A program made the translations under genes and the position numbers. The notes under the pieces were generated by a model. It was given only the letters and a program-made list of their open reading frames with translations, was not told where the DNA came from and searched no databases. A DNA stretch of 63,970 nucleotides, counting the filler, from Klebsormidium nitens (lineage: Eukaryota; Plantae; Klebsormidiophyceae), in assembly GCA_000708835.1 (NCBI GenBank). It is 5 parts of 5 records of this genome, joined end to end, with 100 filler letters (N's around TTAATTAATTAA, not from the genome) between each part and the next. Parts side by side here need not be neighbours in the genome. Positions count along the whole stretch, not along the records: positions 31,147 to 49,795 come from DF237915.1; positions 49,896 to 55,440 come from DF238419.1; positions 55,541 to 60,264 come from DF238479.1; 2 more parts are not named here. One strand, given 5' to 3'. Below are positions 48,651 through 60,364 of this stretch, piece after piece (the first letter of the stretch is position 1; every line of letters starts with the position of its first letter).

Positions 48651-49895
48651 CCTGGTTACCTCAAGCGATTACATTTGATTCATACCACCGTCAACCGCCT
48701 TCTGACATTGAAACTTAAAACCTCATTCTTCAGGCGCAGTCAGACGACGACGACAGAGAGCGACTTGACGAGCAAGTGGCCAGTGGGGTACCTCTGGAAG
48801 TGCCTCGTCGTGCCAAGCTGGCAGCTACAAATCGTCACGGTTCTCGTTGCAAGAAGGGAAAGGGCAAGGTGAGATTCCTTGTTTGCAAAGTGTTCTTCGT
48901 AGAGAAGCCCGCGCGACTTTGACCTCTAGGCTACTTCGATGGCCTACCGAAATTAGGGTAAGCTTGTGAAAGCCACGAGCTGCTGGCATCAAAAGGGCAC
49001 ACCACAAAAGCCAAAGTAATCTGGTGTGATTAGCTTGTTTGATTGAGATCTATACGCATGTGGTTCCTGCAGGTTCACTCTTGGCTTCACATCATTGCCT
49101 GCAATGATTTGCTGCACTCCAAGTCAACCTTGCTTGGGCGAGGCCTGAATATTGCTTTGTCGATCATGCAGGGTGGGCAGCCTGGGTTGTTTCCTCCACC
49201 GCTGCGTGTGACAACAGCGGAGACACTCCAGTTTCTCCAAGCTTGTAGCCTTCGCACAACGGTCGCCTGGCGCCGGGTACCCTCTCGCTTTGAGAGTGGG
49301 AGGGGAACGGTCCGATTGGTCGAGGACGGGCCTCTCTTTCGTACGCTGGGGCACACAGAAGCTGAGCGGCGCAACTCGGATGCCGGCTTGCTGCAGGAAT
49401 TCCAGATGCAGGTCGCGAAAGCTGGGCACGTGGTGAACGTCGAGCCGTACATTGAGCCCGCTCAGAAGGTACGGCGGTCAGGGGGGCTGACTCAAGAAGC
49501 ATACGATGTCATCGGCGCAAGGACGCTCGGGTTTGCAGAGTACAAGGAGCTGGCCAGCCTCAGGAACGTTGGCAGAGATAGGGGGACGCAGCGCGTTGAT
49601 GTGACGGCGGGGCTAGCTAGCACGCCGTTGGACTGAATACACTTACGGCTGTCAGTCTGCTTACACATGTGCGGAAACCATGGGCAAGCTTTGCAGCCAA
49701 CAGACAAGGAAGACACGTGAGAGCGCCTCTTTGTAAAAGTGTTGCTTGATGCTTCCAAGTTCTGTCTGCTGTGTTTCCACTCACGGAGAGGCTGGNNNNN
49801 NNNNNNNNNNNNNNNNNNNNNNNNNNNNNNNNNNNNNNNTTAATTAATTAANNNNNNNNNNNNNNNNNNNNNNNNNNNNNNNNNNNNNNNNNNNN

Positions 49896-50205
49896 AGTCA
49901 GAACGGCCCTCCCTTCCTCTAAACAATGAGGGTCGCCTTTTGACTGGCCTCTCTCGAAAATCCGGCCTGCCGGAGTCAGAACGGCCCTCCCTTCTTCTAA
50001 GAAATGATGGGCACCTTTTGAATCGCCTCTCTCGAACATCCGGCCTGCCACAGTCAGAAAAAGGGCCGGAGACAGAACGGCCCTTCTTTCTTCTAGGAAA
50101 CGATGGGCGCCTTTTGACTGGCCCCTCTCGAGCATCCGGCTCGCTGCCGCTGCAGTTAGAGTGGCCCCCTTTCTCTCTAGAAAACGATAGGCGCCTTTTG
50201 ACTGG
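49896..50205 (+). repeat. 78-bp palindromic tandem array (4 copies, left edge in gap) upstream of gene B
   Basis: AGTCAGAACGGCCC...tcta(g/a)aa...GGG(T)CGCCTTTTGACT units starting at 49896, 49974, ~50052 and ~50154. Confidence 0.85.
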
Positions 50206-50463
50206 TTGCCTCGTTGGAGTTTTTAGCTCTCACCTGCAGAACGGCACTCGATCCTTGAACGGCACTAGTAGTGAATCGAGGGCAACCTTTTGCAAAGTCA
50301 AGCTTATTCGCCCACAATCGAGAGCAACATGGAGGTCTGGTTTAGAGACAAACTCGTTTGAGCTTATACGTGTTTCCGCAGGCTAAGGGCTCATCGTGAG
50401 AAACCGCTCGAAAACGGTGCAGAAGTATGGAATAGTGAAATGTTGTGTGGCTTTTGTCTTCAG

Positions 50464-53400
50464 GAGGTGACCTCCGAGGTGGACGAATGGGGTCAGACAT
50501 GGTACTTCCGGTTTGCACCTGCACAAGCCGCCTTCCAGGAGAGCTTGATGCCACCGGGCGCTTTCATTGCGTCGCGCGACGATAAAACCGGAGGGTCCAA
50601 GATGTACACCGCGTTCAAGAGCACACAAACCTTCGAGGAGTACACTGCGAGGATGGCCGCCGACTGCCGAACGCCGCACTTGCACGAGATCTTGCTCGCT
50701 TCAGATGCTTCTTGGCTCTACTCGGACCTCGACTATACGTCGCGTGCCGACGATCCACAAGACTTTCTCGAGAGGCGCCAGCATCTCCACCACCTCCTCG
50801 AGCACTTCTGCACCCACATCATGCAGCTTCCTCCTGGTCTACTCCAGCCCCTTGAAGTTGCTGCATCCCATGGAGCCCTTTCCCACGGTCTTTACAAGTG
50901 CAGCGTTCACGAGGTTTGGAAGGGAGTCTCCTTCTCGGATCTGGAGGCGCGTACTGAATTCAAATCGGCCTTCAGCCACTTCTTGGACCACCCCCCGGCG
51001 GAGCTGGCACGCAGCGCGGAGTTCATTGGATACATGAAGCCCGACAGCGGGAAGAGAGAACAAATCTCGGATGATTCCGTCTACTCGAGGAACCCAAACT
51101 GGCGCACGCTCCGCTCAAGCAAACTCGGAAGCACGCGCATCCTCTGCCCGGACGAGAGTAGCTCAGAGCGAGTTTCCGACCACCTCATCGGTGTTCGCGA
51201 TGAGCAAGAACTGGCGCGCGCGCACAAGATCGACGTCCGACCGCTGCAAGAGTACAACGCAGCGGCTGGAGGGGGTGGCGCATCGAGTCGCGCGGCGCAG
51301 GGCCGTGTCAGCGATCGGCAGATCCCCGTACGATATTCCTCTAAGCAGCATGAACCACTGGAACGGGACCTCGGCCCGGAGGAGAGAGCGCGCCTGCTCA
51401 GGTGCTGTCAGCAGGATCATCCCGGGGCTATGCTAGGGCGGATCGAGCAACCATGCCCAGGGGTTTTCTGCGTCCACATCTGCAGCCCTCCGGAAAGTCG
51501 GACCTGTTGCATTGCGGGGCGAACGCATACCAGCGAGGGCAACGGACAGTATCTCGTCTACCGTCGGCGACGACCAGCCGAGGCGGCCTACAAGTGCTTC
51601 TCACCGAGCTGCCAGTAAGTTTATGAGCGGTTCTCGTTTCTATGCCGGCGCTGGTCTGGCCTTTCACAAACTCTAGAGATCATAGCGATCAAGTCAGAAA
51701 CCTCATATGCAACGCCTCCGTGTTCCAAAACCATGCCGCAAGAAGACCTGGGAAAAAGGAAAAGCGGGGCGCCAGATCAAAGGCCGACCTCTTCCGTTGC
51801 TGTCTCGTCAACGAGTTGCGACTTCATCTGATCCAGTCAAAAAGCGACCCCTTCTTCTATAATGAAGACCGATCCCTTTTGACTGTGGGCTTGTTGGTTG
51901 ATTGTGGCCTCGCCCATTATATCAAGTCGAGATTGCGTCCTCGTCTTTGTCGCCTCTCCACCAGATTGCCACGTTATGCGGTTAGTCAGAAACGACCTCG
52001 ACTCATGATGGAACCGGACCACATCGTGAAGACTGGCTATGTACATTCAAGAAGTCGTGCTTACCTTGATGCAGAGGCATCGAGCGCCTCTGCTCTCTCG
52101 AGACGTCCCTCTGTTGGACCGAGGAATTACTCGCTGCCGACTGAAATGCGACCCTATCCCACGGTCAAGATCCACTCGGAAACCCTGCGGACGCTTCTGG
52201 TGAAAGCGAACAAGGGGGTCGGGAAGTCGAAGGCCGGTACTGCCTATCTAGTGGAGATGCTCGAGAAGAACCCATCTGCCAGTTGCGTCGTCATCGCTGG
52301 CAACGTGGCGCTGGCTGACAAGCACCTGGAGGAGCTCCATCGAGCGGGGCTGACGGACTTCGTGCTCTACTCCGATGTCGAGCCCTCGTATATTGAAGAC
52401 GAGAGAATCGTCATCTGCATCAACTCCTTGCCCCGACTGAACTCCCTTGACAAAGACATCGTCTACATGGACGAGATCGACATGACGCTGGGCAATCTAA
52501 ACTCCGACGTTATGAGGGACCGCAGATCGGTGTTTATGGCTCTGCACGCAATGCTTCGGGTCGCACGCATCGTCGTGGGGCTGGATGCGAATGTGGACAG
52601 TCCGCGCGTAACCGAGTGGCTTCAAGCGGTCCGCCCAAACGCTCTGATGCACGCCATTTGGAACACGGGAGTTCGCGCCTCGGAGCGAACAGCTACTATC
52701 TGGCCTATGCCCTCCTCTGGGAAGTTGGAGGACCGCTTTGCTCCGATCATCAACCAGATTCTCGACGAGGTGGAGGCTGGTCAGAACATCTGGGTGAGTT
52801 TTGTCAGCCGTGATCCTGATGGCCGTTAATTCTACCAGTGGGTCATTGCAGCCGCAGTTCGAAGCGTCCGCGATGTACCTCCAGCTCGTCGGAATTCATG
52901 AACGATTGTATGCAATCAAAGATTTGTTGTGATAAAGAGAGTTGGACTGGTGTCCGCTTGAAAGCTGGTGATGCTTGTGCTTGACTGGCTCCTTATCAGA
53001 GGCCTAGGATCGATGCCATAGGCGACTCTCCTCCTTCTCTCGATCTGATGGTCGACGTACCTTATGAAACTTGCAGGTCGCCTCGACGAGCAGAACCTTC
53101 ATCGAGCAACTCGAGAGGGCATTCGGTGCAATTTTCACTGGCACGGACAAGACTCTTCTCACCTTCCACGGCGGAAAAACCTCAGCAGAGGACAAAGAGC
53201 AGCTCCGACAGGCAGTGGCTGACCCAGACCGCTACATGGTGGCCCACTGTATGGGATACTCTCCGACCATAGGGCCGGGAGTCTCGCAAGAGGCCCAACA
53301 CTACCACCGGGGCGTGGGAATCGCGCTGAACCGCCCAAACGACGGCCCCGATGTTTTCACCTTCACCCAGATGTTACAGCGGGTGCGAGATGGGGGAGAT

Positions 53401-54651
53401 ATCGACATCTACTACATGGAAATTCCAGCGCCAAAGTTCGTGCCCTCTACCAAAGAGGGCGTGTTCAGAGCAATCGAACGGCAAGACGCCGAGTTGCACG
53501 CTCTGGTGAAACCCTCTGAGGTGCTTGACTTCTTGGAGAGGCCGGGCAAGCGGCCCGTCTGCGATCGGGAGTCTGCAACCTGCATTGTGTATGCCAACAA
53601 TGTCCTGGCGAGGTACCAGAGCATCACAAACTACGTCGGCATCTTGACAAAGGATCTCGAACAGCAGGGTTTTCGAGTGGTGAACAGACTGGCGGAGCCG
53701 CTGGATGATGCCGATGAGCAGGGTGGACCGGAGCGTAGCGGCGATTTAGATCCCGATGCGAGCCTGTCAGACGACCAGTGGCGAGAAGCCTATTGTATCT
53801 CGCCGACGGAATACTACAAGATAAAGGAAAAAAGGAGGAAACTGAAAGGCGTGAGCGAGCTCGAGCAAAAGCAGGTGGACATCTACCATTATGCAAACGA
53901 AGTCTACAAAGTGAACTACAAACAGATCAACCACACATTTCTCACTACCTACTGCAACGAGACGGCCAAGCGCATGTACCTGAACTACCGCAGGTGGAAG
54001 TTTTTCCCTTCTTTCCTTCTTTTTTCCATGATAGTCATCGATGGTTTATCACACAGGCCAATGATGACCTATCTGCATACAACGTGATTGAGAGCACAGC
54101 GGTTTGCTTGTGATGAGACTCGCTAGTCCTTGATAACTCCAGGCCCTCTTTCCAGGTTCCAACGGTCTGCGTACATAGACGTCCAAGCTGAATGGGAAAA
54201 CGAGCTCAGCGAGGCAAACGATGTCCTCCCCACGAAAGACTACCTAAAGATTCGCGACCAAGCCAAGCACCGCGTCGTGTTTGCATACCGCCTGCTCGCA
54301 GAGATGCTCCAGATCGACCCCGGAAATTTCGACCGTCTGCAACTCGGAGCTGCTTACCACGTATCAGAAAAAAACCTTCAAGCTGCCTACTCCAAGCTGA
54401 TCGAGCCAAACCTCTACACTGCAAAGCTTCGATACGAGATCAAACAGAAGGTGAAACGAGACGAGAACGGCCGTCCGATGATGACCGAGGCATTGAAACG
54501 CAACGTGGTAAAGGCAATCCTCGAGAAGGGTTTAGGGCTGAGGTTTGTGGAGGTGCCGGGGAAGAAGAGCAACAACGAATTTGTGAAGGAGCACGAATTC
54601 AGCCCGGAGCTTTGGAAAGAGGTGCACGCTACATACGGACCCGTAGTCTAG
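50464..54651 (+). CDS. Gene B: spliced AEP primase-Zn finger-UL9/origin-binding-like SF2 helicase fusion (~1080 aa). Exons 50464-51614, ~52085/52103-52793, 53077-53993, 54156-54651; possible tiny first exon ATG GAG at 50329-50334
   Basis: AEP motifs: LHEIL...WLYSDLDY, CSVHEVW, DDSVYSRNPNWRTLRSSK. Zn finger: CCIAGRTH...YKCFSPSC. Helicase: Walker A KANKGVGKS, Ia VIAGNVALA, Walker B VYMDEID, YSPTIGPGVS, FTQMLQRVR. No lesion seen in the exons; the start codon and second acceptor are uncertain. Confidence 0.82.
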
Positions 54652-56125
54652 AAGCATAAAGATTCATATCATAATCAAGACTTGTGAACTAGTACGACAT
54701 GTACATAAAAGGCTGCTATATGTGGATATGTTCTGGATAATCCTGTTAATACCTTCATCAAACTACCGCACATCGACATAGAAGACCCGGTTAATTTTCC
54801 CCGAAAGTGGCTGTTTTCAGCGATATGTCGGATATTTGTAGTTGGATTCCCGCGGATTGTTGGGTGCGTTTGCGGAGACCCATCAACCGCGGCCTGGACC
54901 CGTAAGCTACACTTAAAAAGCTGTATGCACCGTCGACATGCTGCGTATGCATTGTTTCAAGTTGAAGAAGGCGTCGAGTCATGTTGTTTTCCTACAAGAA
55001 CGGGTTGCAACTCAGTCAAAACCGCCCTACTCTTTGATATAAAGGAGGCGACTATTGACTGAATGAACCACGTTTGAGCTCACGTGGCTCCAAGCCGGTG
55101 GAAGTGCAATTTAATTATAGAACATCATCAAAGACACGGGAGATTATTGCGAAGAGCTTTCCGACCACATGCCACAGCAAACCCTTGCTGGTTGTTGTCT
55201 TAGTGGCTAGTAGTATATTACGAAAGGTACTCACGACCAGTAATCCCAACCGGCAAACTTCGAGGGAAACTTCGAGGGTCCGATCGCGCATTCTTTCCTG
55301 GGGCATACGAAACGACATGAATCGATATTTCTTTGGTTCACTTCATGTGCAGTAGGAAAAGCGCACCTAAGAATCCCCCTAGCCACCGAAACTCAGACTG
55401 AACCTGATCCGATGTCTAGATATCGACTCGGTATTGTGACNNNNNNNNNNNNNNNNNNNNNNNNNNNNNNNNNNNNNNNNNNNNTTAATTAATTAANNNN
55501 NNNNNNNNNNNNNNNNNNNNNNNNNNNNNNNNNNNNNNNNACCGCTAGGAGCGCTCGCAAAGTCGTGTGCTTGCTCACCGGGGCGCAGACTTCCTCGAAG
55601 TCAATTCCTTGCTTTTGCAAGTACCCTTTCGTCATCACCCGAGACTTATACCGCTCCATGTTCCCAAGCGCATCCCGCTTGATCTTGTAAATCCACTTCA
55701 TCGAAGCCGGTTTCACCCCTTCCGGTTTTTTCGACAAGCTCCCACGTCCCATTTTCCAACAAGGACCGCATCTCCTCGTCCATCGAGTTCCGCCGAAAAA
55801 CGCTCTCTTCTCCCCCTATGGCTTCCGGATGCTCCCCCAATCCCTTAAGGTGCTTCCCCGTTTCCGCCGCCAAATTCGCCCGATACCACTCCCCGGGCGC
55901 CCACCTCGCTCTAGCGGGGTATCTTCGATCCGCCGTCTCTTCTCCATCCGTTTCAACGGACTCCTCGCTCCCGGTGCCGGCCTCCCCCGTAGGGGTAGCC
56001 CCTGCACCGGGCAGAGTGTCGGTCACCCCCGTAGGGGTATCCCCTACACCCATCCGAGTCGGGGGGCTCACCGACTAGGGCCGCGAGCAGCCCCATCCTC
56101 CTTTTCCGGATCGGAGCCAAGCTCA

Positions 56126-56593
56126 CACAACGCAACCACGCCAAGTTTCAACGTACGGTGAATTTCGCGCGGCGGGCAGATTTTGAGCCCCGTAGACTCG
56201 GAGAGGCCCAGAATGGCGATTTTTAGGGTTTTAGGATATGGCCTAGTTTAGGCAGTTCTGCATGTAATATAAATTTGGAAATTGGAAATTTAGCCTTATT
56301 ACGAGCAGTCTAACATCGTATTAAGTTTTCAGTAAGTTCACAGGTGGGGATCTCAAACCGTCACGGTGGAGGTTTTTGCCTATGCAAAATCATAGAGTGA
56401 ATTTGACCGTGAGTTCCGAACCACGGCGGTCACTTTCAGTGGCTTATTGAAAATCGAACTTTCAGCCATCGAAACTTAGGGTTTTGACTCGGACCGTCGA
56501 GGGCTCCGGGACCGTGCGATTGTAAATCTGACGGTCGCTGAAGGAGGCCGGTATCGAACCACTTCGATCTGAAAATGGCGTGGTTGTGTTGTG
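56126..56593. mobile_element. 468-bp non-autonomous TIR element with CACAA termini and 2-bp TSD (CACTA/CMC-like), nested in the copia element
   Basis: TIRs cacaacgcaaccacgcca (56126-56143) and tggcgtggttgtgttgtg (56576-56593), 17/18 match. Flanked by CA on both sides; removal restores the copia frame RGPILIVELGSDP. Confidence 0.85.
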
Positions 56594-57304
56594 CAACGAT
56601 CAGAATGGGCCCACGCTCGTCCACGATGACGTCGCGGGAAGTCAACACCCTATCATCCCGCTCTCGGAGGACTTGGTAGGACTTAGAGTTGGGCTCGTAC
56701 CCCAAGAACACCCCTCGCTCGCTAACCCGCTCCATATTCTTCCAGTTTCCCTTGGGCACGTGGATTGTAGGCCCGCGCCCCAAATACCCGCAAGTGGTTA
56801 AGGTTCGGCTTCTCCTCGTAGAACATCTCCCAGGGCGTCTTGCCGTGCACGCTCGAGGGCACCCGGTTCCGGGTGTAGTTAGCCGTCACCATCGCTTCCG
56901 CCCAGAGCTCCGGCTTCAACCCGGCATCCTCTAGCAAAGCCCGCGCTCTTTCCTCGAGCGTCCGGTTCAACCGCTCCGCCAAACCGTTTTGTTCGGGAGA
57001 GTGCCCCGCCGTTGTGTGGTGCACCGTCCCTCTCTTCTCGAGGAGGGCCGTCATTCCCTCGTTGACATACTCCCCGCCCCGGTCCGGTTTGCACCCCCTT
57101 GACCTTCTTCCCGGATTGCAACTCCAAGCGGGCAAACACGCTCGCCGTGACCGCCGTGACGTCGCTTTTTCGCTTTATCGGTTGCACCACCGAAAGCTTG
57201 CTATAGTCGTCAAGGAAAGTGGCCAAGTACCTACTTCCCCTCTTTGACGCCACCGGCATGGGCCCGCACACGTCCATGTTCACGAGCTCGAGGGGCTCCG
57301 TACT

Positions 57305-57603
57305 TGTTGAAAGTGATAGTGGCTTAGGCGGCCAAATTGTTGGTTTAGGCCGTCGTTACTAGCTAGTTAGCTAGGCTAGTAGAAACCGTACGATATTAGG
57401 TTCTTACTTGATGTGAGCCGTTCGATGGGTTCTTTTGCTAGTAAAAGTTAGCCTTGAGCTAGGCTATTTGACTTGAGCTAATAGCAAAAGAACCCAATTC
57501 GTTCTAGGGGATGCTTGTAAGAGAGGAAGGCGCTTCTCTGTGAAGGCGCTTGTATGTGAGGGTGGTTTGGACCCTATGTTGTTACAAGCATGAGATTTCA
57601 ACA
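57305..57603. mobile_element. 299-bp solo LTR nested in the copia element
   Basis: TGTTGAAA...TTTCAACA termini; 5-bp TSD GTACT/TTACT; removal restores SKESTEPLEL upstream of the integrase core. Confidence 0.82.
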
Positions 57604-59305
57604 TTACTCTCCTTCGAGTCCGATTCTTTGGGAAACGGCTCTCGGGTTTGCTTCCCCATGATGCAAGGGTCGCACACCGAAGTTTTCTCCTCCCGAGCTC
57701 CCGGAACGCCTTGGCTTTGACCCTTATACCCCTGGCCAACCCGGGGCCCTCGACCATTTTGGCCAAATTCTCATAGCCGGCATGCCCCAACCTTCGGTGC
57801 CACAACACCGGGCTCTCGGCTTCCCTCACAAGCAAGCACGTGTCCTCCCACGTTGCCTTTGGTTGGCAAATCACCGGCATGCCTTCAGCGTTCCACTGTC
57901 AGGCCTGCATGGCAATATCTAGGGTGGTAATGGTCTTAGGTCCAAGTCCCGCCAATGCACAACTTAAGGCATTCCTCTTTAGGCTCATGCTCCATAAATA
58001 TGGCATCCAACAATTATGCAGGACAATCACAAGCGTTGCTCCATGCGGAATTTGTGTTCAAACGAATAGAGACTGGGGTTACAAAGCATCTTCCATATGT
58101 AATTCCTTGCTGGTAGAATGGTAGCACATGGATGCAGGCTGCTTGCTATCTTGCAGCATGCAGCACATACGTACCATATTTGTCATGATAGACTTACACA
58201 TAGGTACATAGAGGTGAGGTTCAGTATTGAACATGATTGTTTCCAAAGGACAAGCTTCTTTGGCGAAGAAGCAACTAAAGTTGTTGTTACATTTGCAATG
58301 ATGTCTACGTAGCATTGCACGTGCACAATCTGCTTTTTGTGCGACGAGGGCCCCTTGTGGTACCGCACCTGCAAAGTACGATCAAATCTTGTTTACGGGC
58401 TTGCCGGAGGTACGGGTGTGAGTAGGCAGAAACTCCTTTCTCACACGCCAATTTAAGCAGCCAATGTAAGCAGCCAAGGATTCTCCCTCCTTGCTTGTGC
58501 ATCCATAGAATCAGGTGCACTTTCTATCGTAATCGCGCACGTTGCGTACTGCACGATTTGCCGGTAGAGACAAAAGCTAGCTTTTAAAGACGAAGGCGGA
58601 TCTGAATTCCAGTCTGCCCACGCCCAAACGTTTAGGTAATCATGGAACGAGTTCGTGATGTCCGATTCAAGAGTTTGCAACACTCTGTTATCGAGTGCCT
58701 AGTTGATGGAAAGACAGCAACTCAAGCAGCAGGGGACAACGAAGTAACCGTGGCTAGCGTTGAGCGGGCGTTGAGAGCAATCAGACGGGGTAGAACCACC
58801 CCTCCATAGCCAACCAACCCCAGGGGATACAAAACAAAGGTACCTTGCTGCGAGAATCGGAAACCAGCTTCTCCGTTGGCAGCAACACCCTGGACCCCTT
58901 GGAGAACCATCCCCAACCTGATTGTTCTTGATTCCCAGCCAAGCCATAGAGTGCTTTAGCCTAGGCCCCAGATCTGCACTTATTTAGTAGCAACTTCACT
59001 TCCATGTAAAAACAACCCAGGAATAATAGGCGCGCGCAAAGTGCGTAGTCTACTCACCAGATCTAGTGCCGCAGCGAGCCAACCGCCTCCGGTTCAGCGG
59101 ATCCCTGCACGCGCCAGACCAAGGCGGCGAGGAGTCTGCTGCGGCAAAAGTGAAGATGGTTGTGGGATCGGGACCAAGGACAGAGCGAGGGTGGCGAGAA
59201 GGCATGGGGCTTGCAACAGAATGGCGACACAGCGGAGTGTCAGGCGAAGAAAAGAAGAAACGGGGTCCACGAGCAGCCGTCCACATAAAGAGGGGGAATG
59301 GCACA

Positions 59306-60264
59306 ATGCGGATGCAGAAGGAGAAGAATTGGGCGATGGAAGACATGGAAAAGGCGGTTCCCGAAGCGGGGAGCAAGATCAAGTCTTTGCAGCGGGCAGC
59401 AAAGGACAACAACGTGCCATTTTCAACCTTGAGAAGGCGGTTGGAAAGGATGAGGGGAGGGGAGGCCGGGGAGGTGAAAAAGGGTGGGCGGACTGTATTG
59501 CCAAAGCACGTGTAGCGAAGATTTGTGGCGTGGGTTGTGGAAATATATGGCGGACAAGGGGTTAGGGGTGTCGAAGGCCGAAATGGGGCTTAAAGACAAG
59601 GAGATGGTGGACACTTCAAGGGCTGATCATCCTTTCCGAGAAGGGATGCCTGGCAGGAAATGGTGGAACCTATTTCTAAAAAAAGGCCTCAGCTGGCAGA
59701 ACGCAACATGCAGACGCTGGACAAAGGTAGAGCAATGACGTTGTGGAAGCACTCAACAGCTTCTTTGTCAACCTGAGACGGGTTGTCGAGGAGCACAACC
59801 TGGGTCCCTCAGACATCTACAACTGCGACAAGACGAGCTTTGTGGCAGCTATGACGGACGGAGGGTTCAAGGTGGTGTGTTTGAAGGGGGCAAAACGGGT
59901 GTACAGACGAGGGGCGAGCTATCGAAGGCACATCACATGGAGACAGTATGTGCGGACGGGTCTCGACTGCCAGGGTACTACATCTTCAAGGGGTCGCGCT
60001 TCAGCGAGAAACTTCACTGTCATTTGCGAGGAGGGGGAATCAATGTCACTGCAAGAGAACGGCTGGATCGACTTGGACATGGCAGTAGGGTTCGTCGACC
60101 ATATGCGAAAGCACCTTGAGTTCGGCGGAAAGCTCCTTATCCTCGACCCCCATGCGACGCACGTCAATCAGCACTTCATTGACCGTTGTAAGTTTTTTTG
60201 TTTGATTAGAAAAGACAAGACTAAAAGATACCTCGCCCGCGTTCACGTGACAAGGCAGCTAATG
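59306..60264 (+). mobile_element. Degenerate pogo/Tigger-like (Tc1-mariner) DDE transposase
   Basis: HTH_psq-like WAMEDMEKAV...SLQRAAKDNNVPFSTLRRRL; CENP-B HTH-like GRTVLP...PGRKWWNLFLK; DDE_1-like DIYNCDKTSF, YYIFKG, NGWID and LLILDPHATH. Stop at 59513 and several frameshifts; runs into a gap; TIRs not found. Confidence 0.85.
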
Positions 60265-60364
60265 NNNNNNNNNNNNNNNNNNNNNNNNNNNNNNNNNNNN
60301 NNNNNNNNTTAATTAATTAANNNNNNNNNNNNNNNNNNNNNNNNNNNNNNNNNNNNNNNNNNNN

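Larger units (their letters stand above)
38204..49636 (+). pseudogene. Gene A: intron-rich virus-like polyprotein (Cys-rich/coiled-coil N-part, 2A-like motif, linker and phage-like domain, AEP primase, Zn finger, UL9-like SF2 helicase). Exons ~38204-38696, 39367-39510, 39651-39776, 39948-40013, 40154-40284, 40459-40557, 41008-41112, 41804-41971, (42061-42490), 42730-43034, 43721-44689, 45420-45946, 46464-47038, 47364-47857, 48125-48193, 48734-48868, ~49072-49636
   Basis: All junctions are GT-AG and phase-compatible. AEP motifs: FEVI...PYLDLD, KFSLHL, IDLNVYSKDREWRTPGSAK. Zn finger: C..RIHENH...C.C...C. Helicase: Walker A SAVNTGKT, Ia ITYRVAQ, Walker B VILDEAAS, YSPSVEAGVNFD. Frameshifts at ~42366, ~44195, ~46612 and ~47590. 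The 5' start and 3' end are uncertain. Confidence 0.72.
55541..57885 (-). mobile_element. Truncated, frameshifted Ty1/copia LTR retrotransposon pol fragment (GAG-pre-integrase, integrase, start of RT)
   Basis: LWHRRLGH, MDVCGPM...FLDDYS, DRGGEY, PEQNGLAERLNRTL, LRVFGARAY, and [15 protein letters not shown]...[16 protein letters not shown] in copia order (integrase before RT). Left end runs into a gap; own LTRs not seen. Confidence 0.92.

Noticed and set aside
49636-50464. Genes A and B as a single giant gene
   Set aside because: Each has its own full primase and helicase motif set, and a gap and a repeat array separate them.
57885-58950. Possible continuation of copia gag/protease or another transposase
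   Set aside because: No gag, protease, PBS, LTR or DDE motifs could be recognised.
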